Positions 37,322 through 49,840 of a stretch of 64,000 nt of DNA are shown piece after piece. Each line of letters opens with the position of its first letter. The stretch's first letter is position 1. The notes beneath the pieces were generated by a model. That model ran no database searches and had not been told where the DNA came from. It saw nothing but the letters and a program-made list of their open reading frames with translations. The position numbers and the translations under genes were made by a program. Source of the stretch: Xylographa opegraphella. Taxonomy: Eukaryota. Where the stretch lies: assembly GCA_022813865.1 (NCBI GenBank), contig JALDZX010000050.1:1-64000 (forward strand), read 5' to 3'.

Positions 37322-40146
37322 GCTACCACCGCCCGCTACCACCCCACCGCCACTCGCGTATCCCCTTCCCTCTCTCCCCCCTTCAGGCACGTATAGTGAA
37401 GGGTGGAGGGGAACGAAACCCCTGCAGTCTCCCTCCCCCAGCAGCGCTATAACAAGGGCTGTACTGCCGCACGGGGAGACGAAAGCCGCCCTCCCGGCCG
37501 GAAAGGGGAAGTCCTCATCCTCCCCCACAACCTCGTCCCTGGCGACGGATCACGATTCGCCCGCCCGCCATAGCAGGCGAATGTGGCTTTTTTTGAACCG
37601 CGACCGAGGTGGCGATACCTTGGGTACGCGGTCGGGAAAACCCCCCCACGCTTTTGGGAGCCCGATCGGCTCGCGGTGCGGAGAGTGGTAGTGCTGGTTG
37701 TGGGTGGTGGATGGGTTGGGGGGTTTGGTGTGGGTGATGGGGCGGGTGTGAGGGATTGGGATGGGGGAGGGTGCGGTCTGCTACGAGGGTGGGAAGTATC
37801 TGATGAGGGAATTTGTGTGGTCTGCTACGAGGGTGGGAATTATTAATTATGTGATACTGCGAGGATGCGTCCATCCTTCCCCCATGCTGCGGTGAAGCAC
37901 GGGGTCAGGGCAAGCCGCAGCGAGGCCCCCCCATCTGGTTCCCGCGCTCCGACGATGATCCTTGGCCCAGCTTTTCTCGAGAGCCGGGGGTTGGTGAGTA
38001 TTAGGGGGCATGGAATCCCACCGTTCTGGGGATGCGCCACCCTGCAGGACGCCTCATGATACGCCCCGACAGTGGGGGAGAATTGGAAAGGACGAGGAGA
38101 AAAGATACGGTATAGGGGCAAACCCCACACCAGCGCCGCAGCCTGCATGGCCCCGTTCCCTCTTTTGCCTCCTATAGCGTAGGTACCTCCCTCCTCTGCA
38201 GCTCGTCATAATCATTATTTCTGACGGATATGGTCCGAAATGATTCGTCGCCTATTATTCTGCTACCTCTCTCTCTCTCTCTCTCTTCCACCCCCCCCCC
38301 CCAGTCCTACTCTACCCACATCGGCATTTTGCCCTGCCAGGGTCGGACGCCGGAAGTGTTGCCTATCTATCGGGTTCTGCGTGCCAGCGAATTCCGACCC
38401 GAAACCCCCATGCCCGGCACGCCCCATGGGGGTGAGTGCTCTAAACGCATTTCATCATTGGAAGACCTTTTCTCACTCTCTCACACATGTTCAGCCGCGA
38501 CACGGATGGGACCGCCCACTCGTCCATCCGGGAGGGGATGTCGGTGTGGAGTGGACCAGGCGACAGCCTGCCACCACACGCACACACACGCGGTCTGGGG
38601 CCAGAAGGAATCTCAGAGTTGCAGTGGCTGTAGTGAGATTCTGGGGGGAGATTCGCGATAAATAGTAGATCCTTCTCGTCGTCGCCGTCGTCGTCGTCGT
38701 CGTCAGCCCTCCTCCTTCTCCTGCTCACTGCATATCGGCCCACTCGCGGTGGCACATCTAAAAGCAGCCTCGTTACCCTGCTTCCGGATTGCCCTTCTGC
38801 GCTTCACCGGTCTCCCCGTCCTCTCTCCCCCACCCCCTTGCCTTACCCCAGATTCCCGGGGTTCGTCCAGTCCAGCCCATAGGCTCGTCTGCCAGAGGTT
38901 GACTACGAAAAGTACGACTGCCTGCTGCGAACCGACTCCATCACTCTCGGCACAAGGACAGAAGCACCACCCTGTTGGGGGGATAGATAGCAGCTGGCAG
39001 TTCCGTTTTCACATGATAGCAAGCCTCACTTCGGCTTTCCGACCGCGACGCCGCCCAAAGCTGGCTGAGCGAGGAGAGATTATTTGCCCCCGACGTGCCC
39101 TGCCGACTCCGCATTCCAAACCGTGCTTCAAAGGAGAAAAGGGAAGGGGGACACGAGCTCCTTTCCTCCTCCTCGCTCTCTTCGTCCTTCCCTCTCCGAC
39201 AAAAACATTCAGCCACTCCGCAGGTGCGCCTTCAGCACGGGACAGTGACTAACTTCGTCCTGAGATAGATCGATCGCGTTCGAGGGAGAAGTCAGATTCG
39301 GGTTGGCTTTTGTTAGCTCTCGAGCCAGTCATCGTCCCCCATCCCACCGCTGGCCCGCTAGTTAGTTTACTTTTGATACTGGGGCTTACCTTACCCTTTT
39401 ACCCCAGCCTGGGGGGCTTGTCGCGTTTGCGGAGCGTGGAGAGTGGAGAGGAAAGACGAGAGAGAGGGCGAGTAGTGAGAGCGAGAGAGCGAGAGTGAGA
39501 GCGATAAGGCACAGCGTCGGGCCAACCAGCACCGAGCCTGGCCCGCTGCTATTATCATCCACCATCCGCCATCCAACCATCCAACATTTTCCTTCTTTTT
39601 CCTCCGTGTCCCCCCACACCGGCCAATTCGATAGCGGACTCAGGTACGGGTAAAGGCCGCGCTGCACGCTGGCCGATCGCATATATAGGTCAAGGCATTG
39701 TACCAGGTTCGTCATCACTCCCCCCCCCCTACCTCCCCTTCTCCGGCCCTGTTGCTTTTCTCGATTGACTGTGCTTTCGTGGGACGGGGGAGAGCTGCTA
39801 AAAACCCAGCCGACTAACTTCTTCTTTTCCCTTATCAAGCCCTCGTCGCCCGCACGAAGCGTCGAAAATCAACCCCAGATTTAGCCACCCCTTCCCCGGC
39901 AAAAAGTCGGTATCCACGCTTTTTCCTTGTACCGAGAACGAGAACCACTTCTTCGAAAAAACATACATTTTTGCACCCAACGAGGCAACAACCCTTGCTC
40001 GCACTTTCCCACTCTTCTCGCAACGTCTGACGGAGGTATTTCCTGAATCCACGGAGCAGCCTCCTCCATCGGCCTAGACTGCCACGCCGGCTGCCCCAAG
40101 GGCCCAGACCGCCATCCTTCCTCCTCCCCGCCATCACATCACATCA

Positions 40147-40178
<32 letters not shown>
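40147..40178. repeat. (CTA)n microsatellite in the presumed creA leader
   Basis: About ten direct copies. Confidence 0.9.
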
Positions 40179-40985
40179 TCTCTCACTACTACCACGAGGA
40201 CTAAACTGCCAACACCATTACGACGGTGACTACGGTACGAAAGATACATCCACTTATCAACCAATCCCCGCCCTCTCCAACATCCCGCCCCACACGGGCG
40301 AAACGTATCAGCTGAAGTTCTGCCCGTTTTACCCTATCGCCCCTCTGGACCAAAAGTCCACCAACGAACCGTGATCGTTTAGCCCGTGCTCTACAAGTCA
40401 CCGATACAAAGAGCAACATCACTCCTCACCCCACTTTCATCAGTCCAGGAAAGCTTGTTGTCGCACCATCCCACTGCGACAGATGCTCGCCGGAGATCCG
40501 AGACGAAGTACCGCCTCCGCTGAATCTTACGGGATCCACCACCATCCTCGACGGTCCCTCGAATTAGAAAGCAGATTTCGAATAGACATCTCCACAAAAA
40601 AGGCCTCTTCCCACCATTCTCGTCTGCCGAGCGCTATCGCTGTTGCCGGTCCCGACCTGGTCGCGACGTTATCCCTGAATCGCAATCGGTTCCGGAAGAT
40701 CTTCGTCACACTGCGCAAGGCTCTTGCTCGCCCAAATTTTGCTCTCTGGCCGCGACCCATGTCGCTCGCGACGTTGTGACGGCATTCGCTAGCTCCGACA
40801 CTGCATCAAGCACGATTCCCATCATCATTTGGCACTTTCCCCAGATTTCCAACCTTTGTCCTTTTCAGACGTGTGAGTACTCTGCAACGGTGGTGGGCCA
40901 TCGTGGAGCTTCCTTCCATCCATCATCGCATACCATTTCGAAACAAGAGGCGTGGGATCACGATCTCGCGGCACGCAGCTATCAC

Positions 40986-42473
40986 ATGCAACGCGCATCG
41001 TCAGCGTTTGGCCTCTCGAGCCTGCTGAACCCCGACTCGCCGTCGCCGGAAGGGGATCACGAGAACCGTGCCGAGGAATCGAGCATCGACGGCGGCATGG
41101 CGGCGGTCGGCACTCTCGCACCTCCTCCGCTGATCGGGGGCATGCACGCCGGGCCCGACGACTCCCGCCAAGATCTTCCACGACCGTACAAGTGCCCTCT
41201 GTGTGACAAGGCCTTTCACCGCCTGGAGCATCAGACGCGACACATCCGCACCCACACGGGCGAGAAGCCTCATGGGTGCCTGTTTCCGGGCTGCACGAAG
41301 AGGTTCAGCCGATCCGACGAGCTCACTCGACACTCGAGGATCCACAACAACCCGAACTCGAGGCGGAGCAACAAGGGCGGGCACAATACGGCGGCGGTGG
41401 CCAATTACGCGCACGAGCAGGCCGCGAGCATCTCGATGCTGCCGCCCCCGCGCAAGTCGTCGTCCCAATCGGCGCCGACCTCCACCATCAGCTCTCCGAA
41501 CGTCTCGCCCCCGCACTCCTACTCCGCCTACTCGACGTCTCAGCTACCGACGTCGAACCTGAGTCCGTACCACCACCGGAATAGCAACGGCGGGAGCCCC
41601 GGCTCGAACGCGTACCAGAATCCGCTGGACATCAACCTCCTAGCCGCCGCAGCTGACCAAGTCCAACGCGGCGACTCCTCGTACCCGTCCACCCACCTCC
41701 CCAGCGTCGTCCGCCACCACCACCACCACCACCACCACCACCAACACCCCCCGCAGCACCACCACCCCTACTACAACACGCCCCTGCCCTCGCTCCACTC
41801 GTACGCCTTCTCGAACTCGACCTCCAATGCCAACTCGCCCATCATGTCGCGCTCGCACTCGCGCGACTCGCACATCGAGGACGCGACGACGGAGGCGGCG
41901 GGGTCGCACAAGCCGCGCAAGCGGTCGCGGCCCACGTCGCCCGGCTCGACCGCGCCCTCGTCGCCCTCCTTCTCGCACGACGACTCCCTCTCGCCCACGC
42001 CCGACCACACCCCGCTCGCCACACCGGCCCACTCCCCGCGCCTGCGCCCCTACGCCCTCGCCCACACGTCCAACTCCTCCTCCTCGGCCAGCATCCACGG
42101 CGACATGCAGATGTCCATGTCCATGTCCATGCACCTGCCCGGCATCCGCCACCTCTCGCTCGCGCACGCGCCCGCCCTCGCGCCCATGGAACCTGCCGCC
42201 GAGGGGCCGTCGCCGTTTGGGTCGCTGGGTGTTGGTAGTGGCAATGGAGGTGGGGGCGGTAGTGGGCATGGGACGCCGTATGGCAGTTTTGGGCGCGAGG
42301 GACCCGGTCGTATTAGTGAGATTATGTCGCGCGCCGATGGCACGCAGCGGAAGTTGCCGGTGCCGCAGGTGCCGAAGGTGGCGGTGCAGGATTTGTTGGG
42401 TGGGGGCGGGTTTGCGAGTGGGGGGAGTAGTAAGGAGGGGAGTGTTAATGGGGGGGAGGAGGGGAGGTTTTGA
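40986..42473 (+). CDS. creA: Carbon catabolite repressor CreA/Cre1 (Mig1 family, two C2H2 fingers), intronless
   Basis: [16 protein letters not shown] start, [73 protein letters not shown] and the C-terminal [17 protein letters not shown]. Confidence 0.97.
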   Translation: MQRASSAFGLSSLLNPDSPSPEGDHENRAEESSIDGGMAAVGTLAPPPLIGGMHAGPDDSRQDLPRPYKCPLCDKAFHRLEHQTRHIRTHTGEKPHGCLFPGCTKRFSRSDELTRHSRIHNNPNSRRSNKGGHNTAAVANYAHEQAASISMLPPPRKSSSQSAPTSTISSPNVSPPHSYSAYSTSQLPTSNLSPYHHRNSNGGSPGSNAYQNPLDINLLAAAADQVQRGDSSYPSTHLPSVVRHHHHHHHHHQHPPQHHHPYYNTPLPSLHSYAFSNSTSNANSPIMSRSHSRDSHIEDATTEAAGSHKPRKRSRPTSPGSTAPSSPSFSHDDSLSPTPDHTPLATPAHSPRLRPYALAHTSNSSSSASIHGDMQMSMSMSMHLPGIRHLSLAHAPALAPMEPAAEGPSPFGSLGVGSGNGGGGGSGHGTPYGSFGREGPGRISEIMSRADGTQRKLPVPQVPKVAVQDLLGGGGFASGGSSKEGSVNGGEEGRF

Positions 42474-44362
42474 GAGTCGTCGTCGTCCCGACAAACGCTA
42501 TCAGCGATTCTTTGGTCGCGCACCTCGGATGTTCACTGCGATGTTGTTTTATCACCACTCCTCACTAATTTCATCCTCTCGCCCTTGCACGGGGGGTGGT
42601 TTTTTCTTTTTTTCTTCTTCTTTCTTCTACGCTTTGGCCTCTAGCGCTTCTTTTTTTTTTTTTCTCTTCTTCTTCTCTTTTTCTTTTAGCAGCCGTTACA
42701 TTATCTATAGACTGGGAGGCCGGCTTCACACACGGATCGGATCCGGATGGGTTCGGATGGGATGGGATGGGATACCTTAGACGGGGGAGGAGGGATGGGG
42801 GTTGCGGGATATGATCTTGTTTTGTTTTGTTTTGTTTGGTATTGTCTTGCCTTGTCTCTAGCGGGGATGGATTCTTCTCGAGTGAGGGTTTTGACCCGGT
42901 TCGAGCACTGCTCCTCTGGGCCCTCGAGGTGGAGGTGAAGGTGGAGTGTGAGCTGTGAAGAGCGAGGGTAGTTAAGAGACGCACGACGAAAGGCAGAAAG
43001 GGTGCCGGGGATGGGGAAGTTCATCTAACTCTACTCCCACCACTTTTCTCCGTGCCGGTTCTTTGCTCGGGGCCCCATTGTTCGTGCTCGTGAATTGGTG
43101 CTTGTGATCCTGTTTGTTTGTGTGAGGTTTTGCCGCTTTGGGGTGACTTGTGATACTATATTACCCCCTCTCTCTAACCTGGTTAATTCATTGCTAGAGC
43201 CCATGTTTATCCGTGATCTATCAGGAGGTCGATGGGGTGCTGGGGTGCTGGGGTGTTGCTTTAGCACGTAGCTCACACCGCCTTGATAATTTCTTTATGA
43301 GGTATTATGGTCAATCTCGCCTCATGTTTTTACGGTTTTGTATGTGTACGTTTGGGAGGCTGATGAGGGTGTATAGTTTGATGTTGATATTGATTGTTGA
43401 TTATGATTATAAAGCCCACTATACACAAGCCCTTTCCCTACCCGATATTCCAACATCTCATCTATATCCAACGTATCAATAAGGGATCTTTATCCCACCC
43501 TCACGCTTCACGGTATTTATATATGGATATACATACATAATCGCTACTCGCCAGGGCCTTTGGCGCCTGGTTGTATTCCACGAGAGAGAGAGAGAGAGAG
43601 ATACAGTACAGATTATTCTATACCCGATACCCAACCCCTAATACAAACCCCTGCCCTATTTGGCCACTGGTCCCTCAAACCCCCCCCTCTCGCCTCCATC
43701 CGCCCTCAGCAGGCGCTCGATATTCAGACGGAGGTTTATCGAATCGTCGTGGGATGCCAAGAGTGCAAGCTGCACGCGCCGAGACGAAAGGCACATGGCA
43801 GCAAGCCCGCTAAATGTTAGAGGGCTGAGCCGCAGCCTGCAGGGGGCGGTTATCTTAAGGTAAGGTATTGGGGGACCGTGACCCGCTTCTGGACATCCCA
43901 TCACGAAATACAAGTCGCCCACAGGCCCGCAGGTTATAGCGTCCCAATTACAGGAATGAGCCCGTTCAGTGACTGTATCGACGCAGAGGACGACCGAGGG
44001 GCCGAGATACTTGCAACGTGCTGCAGAATTGGTACGAAAGCTGAGCTATTTCACGACACCTGATATCCGGGTCTTTTCTCGACCGGCTACGCCAGCTATG
44101 CTGTCGACTGACGGAGACGTCTGGAGTGCGATGCAGTGCCGGCGTGGAGTATAACAGCATGGATGGCTGAGGCTCGGCTTTTGGTAGCTGCAGGTGCGAT
44201 AGGTATGGCTGTTCGGTGTTTTAATGATTCCTGTTCTGTGCCATGTATCTCTCTCTATTTTATCTCAAACCACTTCCCTATCTTCCTCTGCCGTTTTCCA
44301 TGTAAATACTGGCTTCTCCCATCCACCATCAAGCATACCGTTCGGATGGCCCTCATCCCGCG

Positions 44363-45355
44363 ACGAACGCCTTCCTCCCGCTTTCACTGCTACCCACTCT
44401 CCTCCCGCTCTGCGCCGCCCAATCCGGCAAAACACCACCCACCTACTGGGGAAACCCCTTATGCGCAGGCAAGCCCGGCATCTTTGCAGAGAACACCGTT
44501 TACCAGCTAAACAAAGACGTGAAGCTGCAATGGGTGACCAACCAGACCCTCTACTCCATTTACCTCTTCCACTAGCAATCCGCCTTCGACACAGCCCTCG
44601 GCTCGCCGAGCTACAGTGAGTGCTGACACAGATGCCCCTTCATCAAGAACGGCTCTGACCGTCCCTCCGCAGGCAAGCAGGAAACGGATCTCGAGCAGGG
44701 CGGCGTTACCTGGAGGGCGAGTAGGGAGTCAAGCGTCTTCATGTTCAGCTTGGCTCCCTCTGGCGCTCTTGGGCAAATAGGCTATCGTGTCCCATTATTT
44801 CAATTATTTCCAGCAGTGTCGTCCCCAGCACTACCTCTTCCGCTTTCGGCTCGATCGGCACCATCGCCACCTCCTCCATATCCGTCCCAACCACCACCCT
44901 ACCCCCATCCAGCGCCACCACAAACCTCCCACTCCACCTCCATCTCCACCAGCCTCCTCGCCCTCCTCTCTCCCCTCATCCACCATCACGTAACCACAAC
45001 CACAATCACCACACCCCACACCCCACACCCCACCCCACCTCCACCATCGCCCACACACTCAATCCCATATACCACCCCACCACCTCCGTCGACCTCTTCA
45101 ACAATCCAAGCCGCCAAGACAAGTACGGCGACCTGCCGAGCGAGGAGACGCTTGTGGAGCTGGGCCCCGGGGGAGCGGGGATCGAGGGGGTTGGTAGAGC
45201 CGGGTGTTACGGAACCGGTGGGGTGTGAGCGGGTTGGAGATTCTTCATGGGGGTGTTTTGAGGGTTGGGGGGCGGTAGAGCGAGCCAGTCGTGTAGGCGG
45301 TGCTGTATATGTGGTCCCCGGTGGTACGGGGCTTAGTGGTGGGATGGGAAGATAG
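44363..45355 (+). pseudogene. Disabled secreted or cell-surface Ser/Thr-rich protein (Mid2-like architecture), intron 44616-44672
   Basis: ACG 44363 precedes the signal-like NAFLPLSLLPTLLPLCAA. It continues NTVYQLNKDVKLQWVTN, then TAG 44573 and a clean GTGAGT..CTGAC..CAG intron. SHYFN and the S/T-rich tract each lie in a different shifted frame. The 3' end is approximate. Confidence 0.65.
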
Positions 45356-46076
45356 ATCATGGTTAGAGATTAGGAATGCCTATTTTCTTACCTCGCTTGC
45401 GAAAGCATTACATCCTGTTAGCTCGTAGATTTCCCATGTATACAGTTCGTCTCGTCCTCATGTACAGGCACTACGCGTCAAAGAAGCCCTACGTGAATAA
45501 CACGTGCACACACACAGACACCGTAAGGCAAAGTGCTACACAAGCCGATCAGTCAGTAAGCACACAAGCAAATCATACCCACGATCCATCATCCAGATCT
45601 TCACGTCATCAAAGCACTTAACACGAGCAAACACACACACACACACACATACTCAGCGCAGACGAAGCGAGCCGAGTTCAATATCGTATTATATCTTGAT
45701 CCGTGCACAAGGCACGCTAACAACGACGACCAGCTACGGCGAAGGGGGGGCCTGTATCCCACAGGCGCCCAAGGCGCCTCAGGGACATAAAAATGGCTGA
45801 AAGAAAAAGCCGCAGCCAGCCGCCGAAAAGCCCTACGCAGCCGCCTCGGCCATCAGGGCAGGGGCGAGGGGGGCGGAGCGCAAAACATAAAAATACACAA
45901 TTGCAACAAAAGGAGAAGGAAAAACAAAGAGTACCGCATCGGCGCATTTGGCCCCTCTATCCCCCCTTGTCCATGCTTGCTGCTGGTTAACAAAAGTAAA
46001 AAAGAAGCAAGAAAAAAAAAACAAACAAATCCGCAAGTCGTCATCGTCGTTATCGTACACAGAAGTCCCGTTGCCG

Positions 46077-49000
46077 TCAGCCCACGTGCTTGACGATGCG
46101 GAGGTCCTTGAAGTCCTCTTCCATGCTCATGATGCCCATGGCGTAATGGACCCTCGTGCCGGAGTGCGCGTACACCATCTGCCGGTCGAGCTCCTCGCCA
46201 CTCGGCGCCGGGTTGCCAGACATACGATGGTCGTGCGAATTCTTGTCCCGCTTGGCGACCACAGGCGTGTATGGAGGCCCGCGGCCCGCGTCGCCGCCCA
46301 GCTTCCAGCACTGTTCGATCCCAGCGGCGATTAGCGCGCTGGACTGCTGTCCCGTCATCTGCGCCACGGCCACGAGCCGGGAGATGATGATGCTGCGCTG
46401 GACGGGATCGGTGTATTGCACGCCGGCGAAGAAGACGCTCAGTGTGGACTCCATGAGGGCAGCGCCGAGAGCAGGGTTCATGGGCTGGTCGGGAGGTGGG
46501 AACCGGAGACTGCAGAAGATGCGCCCGATTTGGTTGGCCCATTGGGCCGTCAGAGGCGCCGCCACACCGGCCGCCATCATCGCTGCAGGAGGCATGGACG
46601 GGTGTGCACGAGCTGCAATGATACGTCCCGTGTAGAACAAGGCCCAGATGCACGAGATCGACCACGTTCGATAGTGCAACGACATTCCGAACGGCGTCTC
46701 AAAAGGAGGTGCCAAGCTGCAAGGCAGTGCCTGCCAATCCGGTCCTAGGCATTTTTCGAACACATCCAAAGCCTCCTGAATCTCGCGCCACTCCCTCATG
46801 GCCGCGATCGCGGCCCCTTCGAGTTCGATATCATCGTCGTTGTTGTGGGGAATGTAGATCTGGTCCCGAGGAGCTTGGGTAAATCTATCCGGCGTCTGAG
46901 GTGGAGGAATATGGGGTATCATCCCATACATTGGAGGTTGCGAAGGAGGCGGAACTGCCGGGCGAGTGGGGCTACTGTGCGATGATGGCTCCCCGGGTCG
47001 CTGCACCGGAATTGGTGAGTTTGGAACCATGCCAGGGGACGGACGCCATTGCCCTCCGTTAGCTTCCATCGCTTTTCGCTTCCTTAATTGATCTCTACTG
47101 GCAAAGTCGGCGATACGACCCATCAGCAATACCACATGGTCCATTGTACCGTAGATGGCTTCGAGTTCGCCAATAGGGCCTCGTGGAGGGCAGTCCAACC
47201 ATCGATCGTAGGGCAATCTAAAAGACATTAGCAGACGAAACAGTGCATACTGCCAATGAACTCACAAAAGCCGATTGCCACTGATGACACTTTGGTAGAC
47301 ATCTTGTTTGGCAAACCACCAGAAGAGATCGCTGAGTGTCCTGTGATTCTCGATATCCTTCTCTGTGATCGGAGGGGTTTGGCACTCGACACTGTCATCC
47401 GTATCGCGGCAATACTCCTCGTAACAATACCTTCGCCCTGACAGCTTACGAATAATGCTCTCGTCAACGGAATCTTCAGGTGACGACTGCTCAAAACTTC
47501 GAATGTACTCGCTGTCTGTTGGGTTACCAGCTGGAGGCTCCCAATTCACAACTCTTTCATATATTTGCAACATAGCAACTTTTCTCTTGATATATTTGGT
47601 CATGCTCTTAAAATCAATTTCCACAAAGAGTTGTCGAGCACCGGCAAGATGTCTGTTCCATTTGGTGTGCTCTGCCGACGTGGCTTCATAATGTCCGAGG
47701 ATCAAGGTGGCTGCGATAGTGGCAATGTCTGCCCGTCTAGAGGGAATGGAAAGCGCCTTGGTCAATCTCCTCAATGCGAAATGATAGTGTCGTAAGGAAG
47801 CCGTTGGAGGGGTTCTCTGAAGTGAAGAGATATGTAAGCTGGCCAACGCCAACATTGCATGCAAAAGGGCCTGATTAGAAAGGGCTTTCATTGGAAGGGT
47901 ATACGTCCACAGTGATTGCAGTGAAGGTGGAACAGGGATGCCCATGAACATGACTTCGGGATTCGTAGGATGTCGTTCAAAAATCGAGAGACTGGGTCCT
48001 GTGGCAGTGATGAAATGACAGAATACTCGCGCGGTGTTTGAATCCATAAGTGGGGAAGTCGTGAACGTCGGCAGATATGAAGCGAGGACGTCCGGACCAT
48101 TCAAGAAAGCTGAGTATGAACGCAACACACGATCATCCTGACTGGCTGCAAGGGCCAACAAGAGTGCCACATCGTTCTGGGGTGTAGAGGCCATACGGTT
48201 GATGAGTGCCACCTCCTCGTCATCCGTTTCAACATCGAAAAGATCGTCATCAGGATCAGTACTGGTATTGGAATACTGCATCGGCTGCGTCGGCTGCGTC
48301 GGTTGCTGTCCAGGTTCTTCCCGTACCGGGCTCTTTGTGTGAAAGCTAGGAGTACTCGGTGTTTGAGTGTATTGTGCTGTTGTGGAGAGAGAATCAGCAT
48401 TATTTTATCAACTTTGTGTCGGATGAATACACGATTACGTAGAGAGGCGGGTCAAAAGGCTTGCTGAACTTACCATAGTGGCTGGGTATATGGGTCTGGG
48501 CACCATTATTGACACTCCAATTATAATTTCCGAAGTCGGAAACGCTCTGATCAATGGGAACATAGTTCTGTGTCTGCTGCGATGCCAGCTTCTGGAAAGT
48601 GGGCTGTGCTGGTTGATCAAAAGAACTCCCAGCTTCATATTCGTTATATACTCTAGCATCTCGGTTGTCTTGGGAGTTTGGTGTCTGAGAATAGTGACTC
48701 TGGGTGACCGCCGAAGTTGGAGTCTGAAGTGGAGCGCATCTCCCATCTCCAAATCCGTTATATTCTCTAGCATCCCGGTTCTCTTGAGGCTCTTGAATTT
48801 GAGGATAGAGACCTTGGGTGGCCGCCGAAGTTGGAGTCTGAAGTGCGGTGGGAACCGGTGGCAGTTGGAAGTCGTTCGATATACCAGCCGAATGGAATCC
48901 AGCAGGAGTTGATGGCAGCTGGAAGTCGTTCGATATACCAGCCGAATGGAATCTAGCGGGAGTTGGTGGCAGCTGAAAATCGTCCAATATACCGGTTGTG

Positions 49001-49840
49001 TTGCGAGAGCGTTCCCACTCAGGTGCAGGTGGCATGTTCCGGGACTCGGGATGATCGCTGCCGTGGACTGCATTCCGGGTTGTTGAGTGGTTGGTTGGCA
49101 AGAAGATGGCTGCCGAGTTGTTTGGAGTACCGATGGTCTCTGTAGCTTGCGCACCCCTCGACGAGGTGCCCTGGTGGTTGAACTGTCGCTCATACATCGG
49201 GCGCATTCTCGGCGGCAAGTCTTGCGATGGCTCGATCGGCGTGGGCAGACCATCCCGTGTTGAGGTCTGCGTCCCGGCCGACCACGGTGAGAGGGATGCA
49301 TTATTGGCAAGGTAGTCCTCGTGGGCATGCTCGTGAGGCAATGGTCTGGGAGCAATGACAGGCAACTGACCCTGAGCTCCCGGTGTCGACGATGGACGAG
49401 CATAATGGCCAGCAGCTCCATTCGGGCTCGAGAAGCTCTGATAATGCGCGCCGTGGCCTTTGATATTCACCCCTGGCCTGAACGCGCCGAGCGGATCCTT
49501 GAAGGTTAGTCGTGGAGCATAGCCTTCGCAGCTACGTTTGGACTTGATACAGTTTGCGCAAGTCGGTCGTTCCTCTCCACACTTGATGCGTCGCTTGCGA
49601 CATGCTATGGACAGTTAGCTGTGGAACATAATCTCAGCTCTGGTTCTACAACTTACTAAGACAGCCGGTCTTTGTCCTCTTTCGGGCCTTCAGATTGTTT
49701 TGCAGCTTGATGGCTTCCGCGTTACTGTTCTGCGCGGTGAATGGTCCCTCATTCGAAGCCAGTCGAGTGCCATCTGGCGCGTCCTCCGAGATTGGAGGGG
49801 AATCGTGGATCAAAGTATCCTCCTCGATTCCAGCCTCCAT
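46077..49840 (-). CDS. Zn(II)2Cys6 transcription factor with Fungal_trans_2-like C-terminal domain, 4 exons (introns 49605-49656, 48377-48473, 47218-47265)
   Basis: The spliced sequence gives [51 protein letters not shown] and WNRHLAGARQL lie in the C-terminal domain. Confidence 0.92.

Noticed and set aside
33400..39900. Many SYGGRG CreA sites suggesting autoregulation
   Set aside because: Biologically plausible, but a degenerate 6-mer in G/C-run-rich DNA is not distinguishable from background by eye.
41001..42780. Long antisense and alternative-frame ORFs over creA
   Set aside because: These are shadows of GC-rich, low-complexity coding sequence and carry no motifs.
48435..49421. 328-aa overlapping alternative-frame ORF
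   Set aside because: It lies within exon 2 of the Zn2Cys6 gene and is a by-product of that exon's repeats and composition.
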